A DNA stretch of 52,885 nt from an uncultured Pseudomonadales bacterium (GTDB lineage Bacteria > Patescibacteriota > Microgenomatia > UBA1400 > UBA1396): contig CAZRAG010000003.1 in NCBI GenBank assembly GCA_964598125.1, forward strand, positions 1 to 52,885, in the 5' to 3' direction. Below the pieces are notes generated by a model. The model had not been told where the DNA came from. It made no database searches and saw only the letters and a list, made by a program, of their open reading frames with translations. How positions within the stretch are numbered: position 1 is the stretch's first letter; each line of letters starts with the position of its first letter. Below, piece after piece: positions 37,063 through 47,239 of the stretch. Position numbers and translations under genes: made by a program.

Positions 37063-39168
37063 TTACTCTTCACTTTCATTATGCTGTGCCTCACTCCCAT
37101 CTTCGCCATCCTTTTTCTCCAACGGGTTATTCCAACTCGCCCATTTGCACTTGGGATAGTTGGTACACCCATAAAATGTCTTGCCGCGGCGAGTGGTTTT
37201 TTCGATCACTTCTCCATCCTGACAATCCGGACAAGGCATACCAATTTTCTTTTGGAAGTTCGCTGTGTATTTGCATTCAGGATAGCGACTGCAGGAAATA
37301 AATTTCCCAAAACGACCCGAGCGCAGCACCAGTTCTCCATGCTCGCCTTTTACAACAACGCCGTTTTCATCTTTGGGCGCTTCGTAATCATCGGGACGGG
37401 TGGAAATGGTTTTCCCTTCCTGCATAAGGATTGAAAACTGCTCTTCACTCACACCACAAGTTGGACATGGTTGATTGAGAGGCTCAACCGGAACCTTCAT
37501 TTTGTCGGCTTTATCTGCCACTTCAGTGAGCTTCTCGGCAAACGGCTTGTAAAAATCTGCCAGTACCTTAACCCATTGTTTTTCACCCCGGGCAATTTCA
37601 TCTAATTGATCCTCCATGCTGGCCGTGAAATCGTAATCAACAATAGATTCAAAATATTTGACCAAAAAGTCAATGACGGTCGTGCCGATTTCGGAAGGAA
37701 CAAAGTTGCGCTTTTCGCGACTGACATACCGGCGCGTTACCAAAACTTCAATGATGCTCGCGTAGGTACTCGGACGGCCAATACCCCGTTTTTCCAGTTC
37801 CTTCACTAACGACGCATCGTTGTAGCGAGCTGGTGGTTGGGTAAACTTTTGTTCGGCCAGAAATTCCTGGAAATCGAGGTTCGTTTTGGGTTGAACGTCA
37901 GGCAAGAGAACATCATCGCCACCCGGGAACAGCTTCATCCAGCCTGGCATGCGAATCACGGAACCACTCACACGGGCGGTAAGGTTCTTTTCACCCTGGT
38001 TTCCCTGAATGATAACAGTGGTGATGTCGTAAACAGCAGCTACCATCTGACTCGCTATAAACCGGCGGAAGATAAGATCGTACAGTTTGGCATGACGCTC
38101 CGTTAAAGCAGAATCGGCTGATAAATGAGGAGAAGGACTGGTAGGACGGATCGCCTCGTGCGCTTCTTGGGCATTTTTACTCTTGGCCTTATACGTGTTG
38201 GGCTTACTGGGCAAATAATCTTTTCCAAACTCGCTAACAATATAGTCTCGAGCCATGTCGATAGCTTGCTTGGAAAGATTGACGGAGTCTGTACGGTGAT
38301 AGGTAATCAGACCTTCCTCATAGAGCTGCTGGGCAAACATCATGGTTTGCTTGGAACTCATACCCAGGCGTGTAGCTGCTTGCTGCTGCAAAGTTGAGGT
38401 GGTGAAAGGTGCAAAAGCTTGACGCTTTCGCTCTTTTTTGTCGACATCCGCAACAGTGTAGTTGGCTTGAGCTGCCCAAGATTTTACTTTTTCAACATCA
38501 TCGGCGGACTTAGGTTCGTACTTTTTCCCCTGAAGTTCAATGACTCGGGCGACAAGTTCGTCTTTATGAGGTGTTAACAGTTTGAGATCAACTTCCCAAT
38601 ACTCTTCAGGTTTAAAGGCCTGAATTTCCCGCTCGCGCTCCACAATCAAACGCAGGGCAACTGACTGTACCCGACCCGCTGATAAACCAGCCCGGATCTT
38701 TCGCCAAAGAACAGGAGAGATTTGGTAACCAACTAAACGGTCAAGAACCCGCCGCGCCTGCTGGGCATCCACAAGAGCGGCATTAATTTCGCCAGGGTGA
38801 GCAATGGCATCGGCCACCGCATCTTTGGTAATTTCATGAAAAACTGCCCGAGTTGACTTGCTCTGCAGTTCTTTATCCTTAAATGCCTCAAGCAAATGCC
38901 ACGCTATCGCTTCTCCCTCACGGTCAGGGTCAGTAGCGAGAATGATGTTATCTGCATTTTTGGCGAGTTTTTTGAGTTCGGTAACGGTTTTTTTAGATTT
39001 GGTGGGCGTGACATACGTTGGACTAAAGTTATCTTCAACATCCACGCCGAGTTTGCTTTTTGGAAGATCGCGAATATGCCCCATGGAAGCTCGGACTGTG
39101 TACTGGTCTCCCAGATATTGTCCGATCTTTTTTGCTTTTGTTGGTGACTCGACGATGACTAATTGCAT
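37063..39168 (-). CDS. topA: DNA topoisomerase I
   Basis: VIVESPTKAK, ATDPDREGEAI, SAGRVQS, ITYHRTDS, GIGRPSTY; C-terminal zinc ribbons. Confidence 0.97.
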   Translation of the reverse strand: MQLVIVESPTKAKKIGQYLGDQYTVRASMGHIRDLPKSKLGVDVEDNFSPTYVTPTKSKKTVTELKKLAKNADNIILATDPDREGEAIAWHLLEAFKDKELQSKSTRAVFHEITKDAVADAIAHPGEINAALVDAQQARRVLDRLVGYQISPVLWRKIRAGLSAGRVQSVALRLIVEREREIQAFKPEEYWEVDLKLLTPHKDELVARVIELQGKKYEPKSADDVEKVKSWAAQANYTVADVDKKERKRQAFAPFTTSTLQQQAATRLGMSSKQTMMFAQQLYEEGLITYHRTDSVNLSKQAIDMARDYIVSEFGKDYLPSKPNTYKAKSKNAQEAHEAIRPTSPSPHLSADSALTERHAKLYDLIFRRFIASQMVAAVYDITTVIIQGNQGEKNLTARVSGSVIRMPGWMKLFPGGDDVLLPDVQPKTNLDFQEFLAEQKFTQPPARYNDASLVKELEKRGIGRPSTYASIIEVLVTRRYVSREKRNFVPSEIGTTVIDFLVKYFESIVDYDFTASMEDQLDEIARGEKQWVKVLADFYKPFAEKLTEVADKADKMKVPVEPLNQPCPTCGVSEEQFSILMQEGKTISTRPDDYEAPKDENGVVVKGEHGELVLRSGRFGKFISCSRYPECKYTANFQKKIGMPCPDCQDGEVIEKTTRRGKTFYGCTNYPKCKWASWNNPLEKKDGEDGSEAQHNESEE

Positions 39169-39174
39169 AGAACT

Positions 39175-40365
39175 CTAGGACTTTATCATACTTTGACAGT
39201 GCACTGTTCCCAAATCAAAACGAATATGTTGTTTCCTTTCAAGGGTGCGAACTGCCGACTCCCACTGTGGTTGCTCTATCGTATCAGGACAACAATAGAG
39301 AAGATCAGCTAAAACCATTTCACCATTATTTTCTCGCAATTTTTGCATGATTTCATTTTCTAGCGGAGTATCCAGACTTGAATCATCTTGATGCTGCTTT
39401 TTTTCTCCCCAGAGTAAAGATGCTATTTCTGCGGCTGATTGCACCAGCGTTGCCCCTTGATTGGCCAATTGAATAATTCCACTTGAGTTTTTATTCCACA
39501 GGTTCTGGGGAATAACACAGACTTCTTTTCCCTGATTAAGGGCATGGCTGACCGTAATCATGGTGCCACTTTTTTCTTGTGCTTCGACCACAAGGAGGCC
39601 TTCCCCAAAGCCGGCGATAAGACGATTCCGCTGAACAAACGTCCAACTTTGAGCTGAAAAAGTGGGTGGAAATTCACTGACCCACAGTGCGTTTGCATGA
39701 GAACGTAATTCTTTTTGCTGCCAGGCTGTCATTTTGTTTAGACCACATCCCAATACTCCAATGGTTTTTCCTTCACAACTCATGGCTTGTTGTTGGGCAC
39801 AGATATCAACCCCACGTGCCCCACCGGAAACAACACACGCGTCATACAAATGAACAAGATCCCGAACAATTTCTTGGGTTGCCTGACGACCGTAGGCTGA
39901 CATATTCCGCGATCCAATAATGGCAATTCTGCGTACTGGCCACCGCCACTTGTCCCACGGGTGATTCGCGTATAAGACAGGAGGTGGATCATCAAGATGA
40001 AGAAGACACTGAGGAAAATACGGTGACAACCAAGTAATGGGAAAGATGTTTTTTTGAACGTTTTTTCGAGTTTCCAAACAAGTCGCCGTATATGATTGAA
40101 AAGAGAGATACCACGTAATAAATTCCTGAAGGCGTTTTTGCCAACTTGCTTGGCGCAACGAGCGATATTCCTCCAATCGCACAAACTGATGCTCCATAAT
40201 TGGCAACCAAAAACTTGATGACTTATGGAGTACTCGCAAAAGTTCCTGTTCTCCAAGGGTTAAAATGCAAGCGATAAATGGTTGCAATACATCCCAAGAA
40301 GCCTGGGTGTGTTCATAAAAACACACGATCTTGCTTGAAATGTCTTGTTGAGTCCGCTCTCCCAC
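39175..40365 (-). CDS. dprA: DNA-processing protein DprA (start uncertain, possibly 40197)
   Basis: AIIGSR, VVSGGARGVD, FVQRNRLIAG, VVEA, SGTMIT; adjacent to topA. Confidence 0.9.
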   Translation of the reverse strand: MGERTQQDISSKIVCFYEHTQASWDVLQPFIACILTLGEQELLRVLHKSSSFWLPIMEHQFVRLEEYRSLRQASWQKRLQEFITWYLSFQSYTATCLETRKNVQKNIFPITWLSPYFPQCLLHLDDPPPVLYANHPWDKWRWPVRRIAIIGSRNMSAYGRQATQEIVRDLVHLYDACVVSGGARGVDICAQQQAMSCEGKTIGVLGCGLNKMTAWQQKELRSHANALWVSEFPPTFSAQSWTFVQRNRLIAGFGEGLLVVEAQEKSGTMITVSHALNQGKEVCVIPQNLWNKNSSGIIQLANQGATLVQSAAEIASLLWGEKKQHQDDSSLDTPLENEIMQKLRENNGEMVLADLLYCCPDTIEQPQWESAVRTLERKQHIRFDLGTVHCQSMIKS

Positions 40366-40435
40366 TTCATCAAGGTAACAACAAAAAATAACAATCTACC
40401 AACAATGAATCGTGTATGGCGAGTTCTACAAAAAG

Positions 40436-42205
40436 CTACTCATTCCCCTGCTCCCACCACCAATTGGCAATGGCCCGAGCGACGGGTGCTGCGTCGGCTG
40501 ACCCTTCTTTAAAGGTATTTGTTTCGTCTGATTCCACAAAAACAGTAATCACGATTTCTGGCTGAAGCTCCTCAATGGGTAGATCACCCTCTCTTGATTG
40601 CCTCGTGACAGCGACCGTAAACCACCCATGCGTGGGTCGGTGGCCTTGAGCATCTTCCGCACCAAATTCGGCCGTACCAGTTTTACAAAAAACTTCGAAG
40701 GGCGCATCAAAAAATGGATAGGCAGTTCCTCCAGATTGACAAGCCTGTCGAAGACCAGACATGACCGTGGCGAGTGATTCCTTTTGCAGCGACAATTCCT
40801 GACAGGCAACCGATTCGCTTAACAAGATCTGTGGCCGGCATAATCTTCCCCGAGCCGCAACCATGCTCATCACGGTTTGCAACTGCAAAGGCGTTACCTG
40901 CACATCTCCCTGTCCAATACCCATATGGTAGGTATTTCCAAGATACCAACTTTCACCAAAATGTTGCTGTTTCCAAATGGGGTCAGGAATGAGTCCACTC
41001 TGTTCGCCCGGTAGTTCGATTCCAGTTGGCGATCCGAGGCCTAACAAACGGGAAAAGTCAGCCAGTTTTTGTGGTCCAATCCACTCCGCTGCTTTATAAA
41101 AGAAAATGTCATTACTCCGGGCTATTGCTCGAATAATGGAAATTTCTCCTTCAGCTCGACCATACTGTCTCCAATACCAATTTTCGTAAGAAAAATCGCC
41201 AACTCGCAAAACCCCTTCATCTAAAACTTCGGTTTCGCTATCAAAAGCTTCATACTCCAATCCAGCTAAAGCAGTAACAATCTTAAAAATTGAACCTGGC
41301 GGGTATAACGCAGAAATGGGGCGAAACAAAAATGGATTGTTGGGAAAATCCAAGGCGGCCACCAACGACTGGGCAACAACTTCAGCCTCGATTTCATTTT
41401 TCCAAGGGGAAATTTGGTCATCCGTTGGTTTTACTTGTGGAAGGAAACTTGGTTTCGAAACCATTGCTAAAACCCGGCCAGTTTTTGGCTCGCTCACAAT
41501 CACACCCCCCCGCTGCTTTCCCAATGCTTCGAACGCTACTTTGGAAAGCTGGGCATCCACACTCAACTGTAAATCCTCTCCTTTTTGCACCGGTTGCTGC
41601 ATAAGCAAACGAGTGGGCTCTCCCAGTGCATTACGTTCATATACATGGAGACCATCACGACCCGCCAACAGATTATTCGCCATCCGCTCAATTCCCGTTC
41701 GTCCAAAAACAACATCATCACCGCTTTGTGGAGTTTGCACATATCCCAAAAGATGCGAAAAGATTGGACCCCAAGGATACGAACGAACATAATTTTGACG
41801 GATTCGCGCTGGCTCTGTGGCCAGGCGCTCAATAGCTTCAGCATGAGAAAGAATCATTTCTTTGCGCTGATCATTTTCTTCGTAGAGCAGGCTCAGCTGG
41901 AGATCATTGTCAGCAATGACTTCACCATTCTTATCAATGATCCTCCCTCGAGGGGCACGCGAAACAACTTTCCAGACTCGATTCCTCTCAGCGCGTAACT
42001 GAAATTCCGCGGATTTTTGCAACTGCAGCTGTCCAAGACGAAACAACATTACAAATAAAAAAAGAAAAACCGCTCCAAACCACAGACACACAATTTTTTG
42101 CTGACGACTAAGATCCACCATCAACCTATCTTGGGTTGCAAATGATGTTTTTCTTTTGTCCTCCTTAGTTAAATGATGAAAGAATTCTTTAACCACATGC
42201 TTCAT
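40436..42205 (-). CDS. mrdA: Penicillin-binding protein 2 (class B)
   Basis: N-terminal TM, RGRIID, PGSIFK (SxxK), SND (SxN), KTGTAE; start reassigned to ATG 42205 after mreD stop. Confidence 0.93.
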   Translation of the reverse strand: MKHVVKEFFHHLTKEDKRKTSFATQDRLMVDLSRQQKIVCLWFGAVFLFLFVMLFRLGQLQLQKSAEFQLRAERNRVWKVVSRAPRGRIIDKNGEVIADNDLQLSLLYEENDQRKEMILSHAEAIERLATEPARIRQNYVRSYPWGPIFSHLLGYVQTPQSGDDVVFGRTGIERMANNLLAGRDGLHVYERNALGEPTRLLMQQPVQKGEDLQLSVDAQLSKVAFEALGKQRGGVIVSEPKTGRVLAMVSKPSFLPQVKPTDDQISPWKNEIEAEVVAQSLVAALDFPNNPFLFRPISALYPPGSIFKIVTALAGLEYEAFDSETEVLDEGVLRVGDFSYENWYWRQYGRAEGEISIIRAIARSNDIFFYKAAEWIGPQKLADFSRLLGLGSPTGIELPGEQSGLIPDPIWKQQHFGESWYLGNTYHMGIGQGDVQVTPLQLQTVMSMVAARGRLCRPQILLSESVACQELSLQKESLATVMSGLRQACQSGGTAYPFFDAPFEVFCKTGTAEFGAEDAQGHRPTHGWFTVAVTRQSREGDLPIEELQPEIVITVFVESDETNTFKEGSADAAPVARAIANWWWEQGNE

Positions 42206-42207
42206 TA

Positions 42208-42660
42208 TTATGTTCTCTTCCCGGTGTAGAGACGGACAAGCAGTGTCCCCATATACACACTCATTTGAATCAGCAATGCTACACCGCGAACTGCCGGAAT
42301 GAGAGCATTCATAATCATGAGAAATGTGAAGAAGATAGCCATGTGCCAAAGAAAAAATAATTCATTCTGTTTCAATGACTGACCAACCATTAACAACGCC
42401 CATATGAGCGTGACGAACGCTAAACCCAAGCCAAGTGGCCATTGCAACCACCAATCTATTTGAAGGCCCAAAAAAGCAAGCGTGCAAATTTGTAACCATT
42501 TGGGGAAGTAACGCAACATAGCTTCCAGTGCCAACCATAAGACAAGTGGAAAAGCCAATTCTAAGGCGATTAAACCGGAAAAGTACGTGCCAACGATGAG
42601 AAAGAGGTTTCGGAAATATTTCCATAAACGGGACTGATATCGTGAAATGGTTTGCCTCAT
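42208..42660 (-). CDS. mreD: MreD-like membrane protein
   Basis: All-TM 150-aa protein between mreC and mrdA; call rests mainly on synteny. Confidence 0.6.
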   Translation of the reverse strand: MRQTISRYQSRLWKYFRNLFLIVGTYFSGLIALELAFPLVLWLALEAMLRYFPKWLQICTLAFLGLQIDWWLQWPLGLGLAFVTLIWALLMVGQSLKQNELFFLWHMAIFFTFLMIMNALIPAVRGVALLIQMSVYMGTLLVRLYTGKRT

Positions 42661-43454
42661 TTAGACTCCGAAGTCACATATACCCAAGTATTCTGTTGAT
42701 AATTAAAATATGGTTCAACTTCTGCCTGCCACGTTACGCCTTGGCTTTCTTTTTCCACTCGTTTAACCCGACCGATAGGAATTCCAGGTTCCAGATCTTC
42801 ATTTCCTGCTGTTTGAACAATATCATTGATTTGAAGAGCGGCGTCTCTTGGTAACAACACAACTTGAGGATACCCGTGTGTCTGCTGAAAGAGCCCCTTC
42901 GCCGACTGCGTTCCAACTTGAACAGGAATCTGCCATTCACGATCAAGTAAAGTTTGGATGCGGCTATAGCGTTGATTTGCTTCTGTTACTCTGCCCACTA
43001 AACTTCCTTGCCATGATACGACTTGGCCTGCAGAAATACCCTCATCACTTCCGGCATCAATAAACCAGTGAACATCACTGCCAAATAAGCGGACTGCTTT
43101 TTGCTGAGTGGTTTGTTTGCGTCCGAGAGCTTGTCGCAAGAGTTCATTTTCCTGCATGAGTAGTTGAGATTGATCATCCTGTAATTGGCAAGCAGCAAGT
43201 AAAGCTTCAGATTCCGCTAAACGATGACTTCCGTTGTTCATAAGCAGCCAGGCGAACTGTCCACGCCTTTGTATTTGGCGAAACTCCTGGACCCCATTCA
43301 TTCCAGGTTTCATGATGTGGTACATGCTATCCCTGATACCAGAATCGAGCTCTCCAACTTGCAAACCCACAAGCAGGAGAACCAATAAAAAGAGAATGGA
43401 GAGTGTATTACTCAGGGACCTTTCTCGCCAATTTTCTGTTACTCCTACCCTCAT
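42657..43454 (-). CDS. mreC: Rod shape protein MreC
   Basis: TM, coiled coil (ENELLRQAL), IDAGSDEGI, LVGRV, GIPIGRV. Confidence 0.88.
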   Translation of the reverse strand: MRVGVTENWRERSLSNTLSILFLLVLLLVGLQVGELDSGIRDSMYHIMKPGMNGVQEFRQIQRRGQFAWLLMNNGSHRLAESEALLAACQLQDDQSQLLMQENELLRQALGRKQTTQQKAVRLFGSDVHWFIDAGSDEGISAGQVVSWQGSLVGRVTEANQRYSRIQTLLDREWQIPVQVGTQSAKGLFQQTHGYPQVVLLPRDAALQINDIVQTAGNEDLEPGIPIGRVKRVEKESQGVTWQAEVEPYFNYQQNTWVYVTSESK

Positions 43455-43461
43455 AGATTTC

Positions 43462-44409
43462 CTATTGTTGTTTGCTCATCATGCGCAAGGCTGCATACTC
43501 AGCGTCGCTACTCGGCTTAAAGCGAACTGGCCAAAAGTTATCAGAAACACCCTGCAATAAATCAGCAGCTCCGCCAATCAACCAAATCGTACTTCGACTC
43601 ATTTCTGCTTGTTGCGCATCCGAAAGACGCGCCAAGGAATACTGCAAGAAGTGTTGAACATTTCGATGAAATTCTGTTTGGATTGTCTGCCAATCGCTCC
43701 CCAAAGGGGTGTATTCCTCTGGCCCGCTTTTGGCTAAGTTGTACACGAATCGAGTCTTGAGCCAGTGTTTGTCGTAAAAAGACTGAGGAGAGATTTCTCG
43801 CTGTCGATGTTGTTTCAGTGATTGTGAAAATTCGGCAGCGACGTTTTGTAACGAAAGTTGAGGTTCTGAAACGCTCAATAAGACTTCTTTTCCCATATAC
43901 AAAACCAGCCGAGCTGAGGAAAAACCCAAATCAAAAACGCCCTGAATGGCAGACGAATTTCCCGGTTTATTGGACACAAAAGGCAGACCCATTCTTCCTG
44001 TGCGCAAGTACCACCAGCCTGCTTCTCGGGCCGTGAGTAATAACCATTTTTCGTGAAGTGAAGAGATCGTTTCGGGAATAATGATTGTGGTGCTGACTGC
44101 CCTCTGCCAACGCTCCTTTTCTGACGACACCTCAAACCCCAACACATATGACAGAATGCTCCGCAAGAGTTGACGATCAATCAGTGTATCTGCTGACCAC
44201 ACTCGCCAAAATTCTAAGTGAGGAGGAACCTTTCCCTCTAGATCGGCCGCATCCTGACCATACAGCTTTAGCTCACCTGATTGTCGGTCAACAACAACAC
44301 AAGGTGGAATCTCAATGAGGAGTCCACGCTCTTTATGCCACAAACGAATGTACGCTCCACCAATACTGAGGACATACTGAGACGGAAATAACGATGGCAG
44401 AAATGGCAT
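43462..44409 (-). CDS. Divergent MreB/actin-like protein
   Basis: First gene of the mre operon; actin-fold segments VLSIGG, VFDLGFSS, LIGGA; TACAAT 6 nt before ATG 44409. Confidence 0.75.
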   Translation of the reverse strand: MPFLPSLFPSQYVLSIGGAYIRLWHKERGLLIEIPPCVVVDRQSGELKLYGQDAADLEGKVPPHLEFWRVWSADTLIDRQLLRSILSYVLGFEVSSEKERWQRAVSTTIIIPETISSLHEKWLLLTAREAGWWYLRTGRMGLPFVSNKPGNSSAIQGVFDLGFSSARLVLYMGKEVLLSVSEPQLSLQNVAAEFSQSLKQHRQREISPQSFYDKHWLKTRFVYNLAKSGPEEYTPLGSDWQTIQTEFHRNVQHFLQYSLARLSDAQQAEMSRSTIWLIGGAADLLQGVSDNFWPVRFKPSSDAEYAALRMMSKQQ

Positions 44410-44451
44410 ACTCTCATTGTACCCGTCTTTCCATTCTGATACTCTGGCGAC

Positions 44452-46629
44452 ATGCCGCGAATTCTCCGTCGCCTTTTCCAGGTTGCTCTTTTTCTTATCC
44501 CTTTTGCCTGGACCGCTGCCACCGATGAGCTTTTCGAATTCAACAAAATGATTCTCACCTACTTTTTTACAATCATTATTGTCATGGTTTGGCTCTGGAG
44601 AATGATTCAAGAAAAACGATTTATTTTTCGCAAAACTCCGTTTTTCTGGTTCTTTCTCGCCTTCCTTGTGAGTCAGATACTTTCAACTATCTTTTCGATT
44701 GACCCCCATACAAGTATTTATGGATACTACTCCCGGTTTCATGGCGGCTTGCTCTCAACCATTACTTATTTGGCCCTTTTTTTTACTGCTGTTAGTAACT
44801 TTTCTAAAGAAGATTTGAAACCCCTACTGCAAAGTTTGCTCTTGGGAAGTCTTGGAGCCACACTGTATGCGATTCCTGAACATTTTGGATTATCGCCAAG
44901 CTGCGTGATTATTCGTAATGAATGGAGCACGAACTGCTGGGCGGAAAATACCAATCCTCTTCACCGAATCTTTGGCACCTTTGGTCAACCTAACTGGCTA
45001 GCTGCCTATCTCCTCATGACCTGGCCGTTGGCAATTTGGTGGATAAGTAAACAATGGAAGAGCATTCAGCATGAAAAAAGCAATTTTGCACCACTAATCT
45101 GGCCATTTTTAACATTTTTCTTTTCACTCCTGGCCATTTTATACACCGGCTCTCGATCTGGTTTTTTGGGAATCCTTACGATTATCGTCATTTATAACGC
45201 TGGTAACGTGCTCATTTGGCGCCACAATATCAAAACCACAAAAAAGATTTCTTTTACCGATTGGTACGCTATTCCTCATTGGCTTTTTTTGGTAACTGCC
45301 ATTACATTTTTACTGGTTGGCACACCTCTCTCACCATCTTTAGGTGAAATGATACAAAGATCAACTTCTGGGCCAGCACCCACACCGGTTACGGTCCAAC
45401 AAACACCCCCGCCTACGGGAACAGTCCTCGAAAATGGCGGCACCGACTCTGGTAAAATCCGTGAAATTGTTTGGAAAGGGGCAATCCAAATTTGGCGCCG
45501 CTATCCTGTCTTTGGCAGCGGTGTTGAAACATTTGCCTATAGCTACTATCTCGATCGTCCGGCAGAACACAACTTTGTTTCCGAGTGGGATTTCCTCTAT
45601 AACAAAGCCCACAACGAATTTTTGAATATTTTGGCCACCACCGGGATCGTTGGTTTGGCAGCCTATTTTTCCCTTTTGGGATCATTTGTGGTGTATTGCT
45701 TCCGGAGTTTTCAAAAACAGAAACTTTCCGACTCACAACAACTTTTTCAGGTGAGTTTACTGGCTGGATACGCCGGATTAGCACTCTCTAACTTTTTTGG
45801 CTTTTCCACTGTCATGGTAGGAATTCTCTTTTTCCTGTGGCCAGCTTTGGCCTTCTTGGTGAATGAACCTGTCCCCACCTTGGAAAAGAAAGCACACTCC
45901 TCTGCTTTCTTTACCAATGAGACTCAGTGGTTCCAAGCAGCCACGGTTGGCATGATTGGATTTCTGCTCTTGCTAAACGTTATTGGCATGTGGACGAATG
46001 ATCGTCTTTTTTCACAGGCAAAACAAAGTCTAGCTTTAGGCTATGGCCTCGATGCCTATCAACAATTTTCGACTTTGACAAAACGCGCTCCTCAGCAAGC
46101 CGAATATTGGGAACAACAAGCGCTCACGTTAAGCCAACTTGCCTATAGCGCCCAAGCTACACAAAATGCGACCGCAGCCGCAACACTTACCCAAGAAGCA
46201 GTGGAAAGCATTAATCAAGCAACGCAAAAAAACCCCGTTCATCTAAATATTTGGAAATCAAGAGCTCGCGTCTTTTTGTGGTTAGCTGGGATTGATCCTC
46301 ATTATTATGACTCTGCCAAGAGTGCTCTTGAAACAGCTCACCGGCTTGCCCCCACTGATCCTAAGATTCTTTATAATCTCGCCTTGGTCTATGAAAGCTT
46401 GGATCAACCTGATAAAGCACGAGAACTTTACACTCAGTCCATCAACTTAAAACCAAATTATGAGCAAGCTCGAAAGTCATATGCAGAATTATTAACCAAG
46501 CAGCAGGCATATTCAGAAGCAATTGAACAGTATCGCTATATTAATGACGTTCTGAAACCTGGCGAGAATCTGTTTGCCGCAGAAATTGCGACTATTGAAG
46601 CATCCATGAGTGCGCAAATACAGAAATGA
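44452..46629 (+). CDS. O-antigen ligase (Wzy_C) family protein with C-terminal TPRs
   Basis: Multi-TM; GTFGQPNWLA, TGSRSG, FGSGVETF, AHNEFL; TPR tail. Confidence 0.9.
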   Translation: MPRILRRLFQVALFLIPFAWTAATDELFEFNKMILTYFFTIIIVMVWLWRMIQEKRFIFRKTPFFWFFLAFLVSQILSTIFSIDPHTSIYGYYSRFHGGLLSTITYLALFFTAVSNFSKEDLKPLLQSLLLGSLGATLYAIPEHFGLSPSCVIIRNEWSTNCWAENTNPLHRIFGTFGQPNWLAAYLLMTWPLAIWWISKQWKSIQHEKSNFAPLIWPFLTFFFSLLAILYTGSRSGFLGILTIIVIYNAGNVLIWRHNIKTTKKISFTDWYAIPHWLFLVTAITFLLVGTPLSPSLGEMIQRSTSGPAPTPVTVQQTPPPTGTVLENGGTDSGKIREIVWKGAIQIWRRYPVFGSGVETFAYSYYLDRPAEHNFVSEWDFLYNKAHNEFLNILATTGIVGLAAYFSLLGSFVVYCFRSFQKQKLSDSQQLFQVSLLAGYAGLALSNFFGFSTVMVGILFFLWPALAFLVNEPVPTLEKKAHSSAFFTNETQWFQAATVGMIGFLLLLNVIGMWTNDRLFSQAKQSLALGYGLDAYQQFSTLTKRAPQQAEYWEQQALTLSQLAYSAQATQNATAAATLTQEAVESINQATQKNPVHLNIWKSRARVFLWLAGIDPHYYDSAKSALETAHRLAPTDPKILYNLALVYESLDQPDKARELYTQSINLKPNYEQARKSYAELLTKQQAYSEAIEQYRYINDVLKPGENLFAAEIATIEASMSAQIQK

Positions 46630-46654
46630 ATGTTTCAAGGTACAATAGAGATTC

Positions 46655-47230
46655 ATGTCAGTAAAAAAAATACTATTAGCACCTCATGAACAGCTGCGAA
46701 AAACGGCTGAGCCGATTGTGGAATTAAACGAGAAAACTCGCGAATATATACAAGCTCTCTCAGATACAATCACTGCCCAAAAAGAACCCGCGGCAGCAGG
46801 CTTAGCTCTCCCTCAAATTGATTCACTGTACCGGGCATTTGCTACGAATCTGGAAACTCGTCAATCTGATGCCTTTCAAATCCGGGTTTTTATTAATCCA
46901 ATTTTAATCGATAAATCGGATAATCTTAGTGTGGGTCCAGATCGCCGTCGACCGGACCTTGAAGGCTGTCTGTCTATTCCCTATTTATATGGCCCAATAC
47001 TGCGACCGGAATGGGTCACCTTTGAATATCAAGAGCTTATCAACGGCCAACTCAGTGATCCGCAACGCGAAACTTTCTACGATTTTCCAGGTCGCGTGAT
47101 GCAACATGAACTTGATCACCTCGATGGCATTCTCTTTACTGATTACACACTTGAGCAGGGACAACCGCTTTTTCGTAGTGAAAAACATGAACTCATCCCC
47201 GTTGACCCCATTATTGCCGCCGCTTTTTAA
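46655..47230 (+). CDS. def: Peptide deformylase
   Basis: GLALPQI, EGCLS, QHELDHL. Confidence 0.95.
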   Translation: MSVKKILLAPHEQLRKTAEPIVELNEKTREYIQALSDTITAQKEPAAAGLALPQIDSLYRAFATNLETRQSDAFQIRVFINPILIDKSDNLSVGPDRRRPDLEGCLSIPYLYGPILRPEWVTFEYQELINGQLSDPQRETFYDFPGRVMQHELDHLDGILFTDYTLEQGQPLFRSEKHELIPVDPIIAAAF

Positions 47231-47239
47231 TGAGTAGAA

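Noticed and set aside
28849-44610. Long N-terminal extensions in the ORF track (nfo, folA, mrdA, mreB, rpsB) and many antisense ORFs
   Set aside because: They overlap neighbouring genes or promoters; better starts with a -10 or SD exist; antisense frames carry no motifs.
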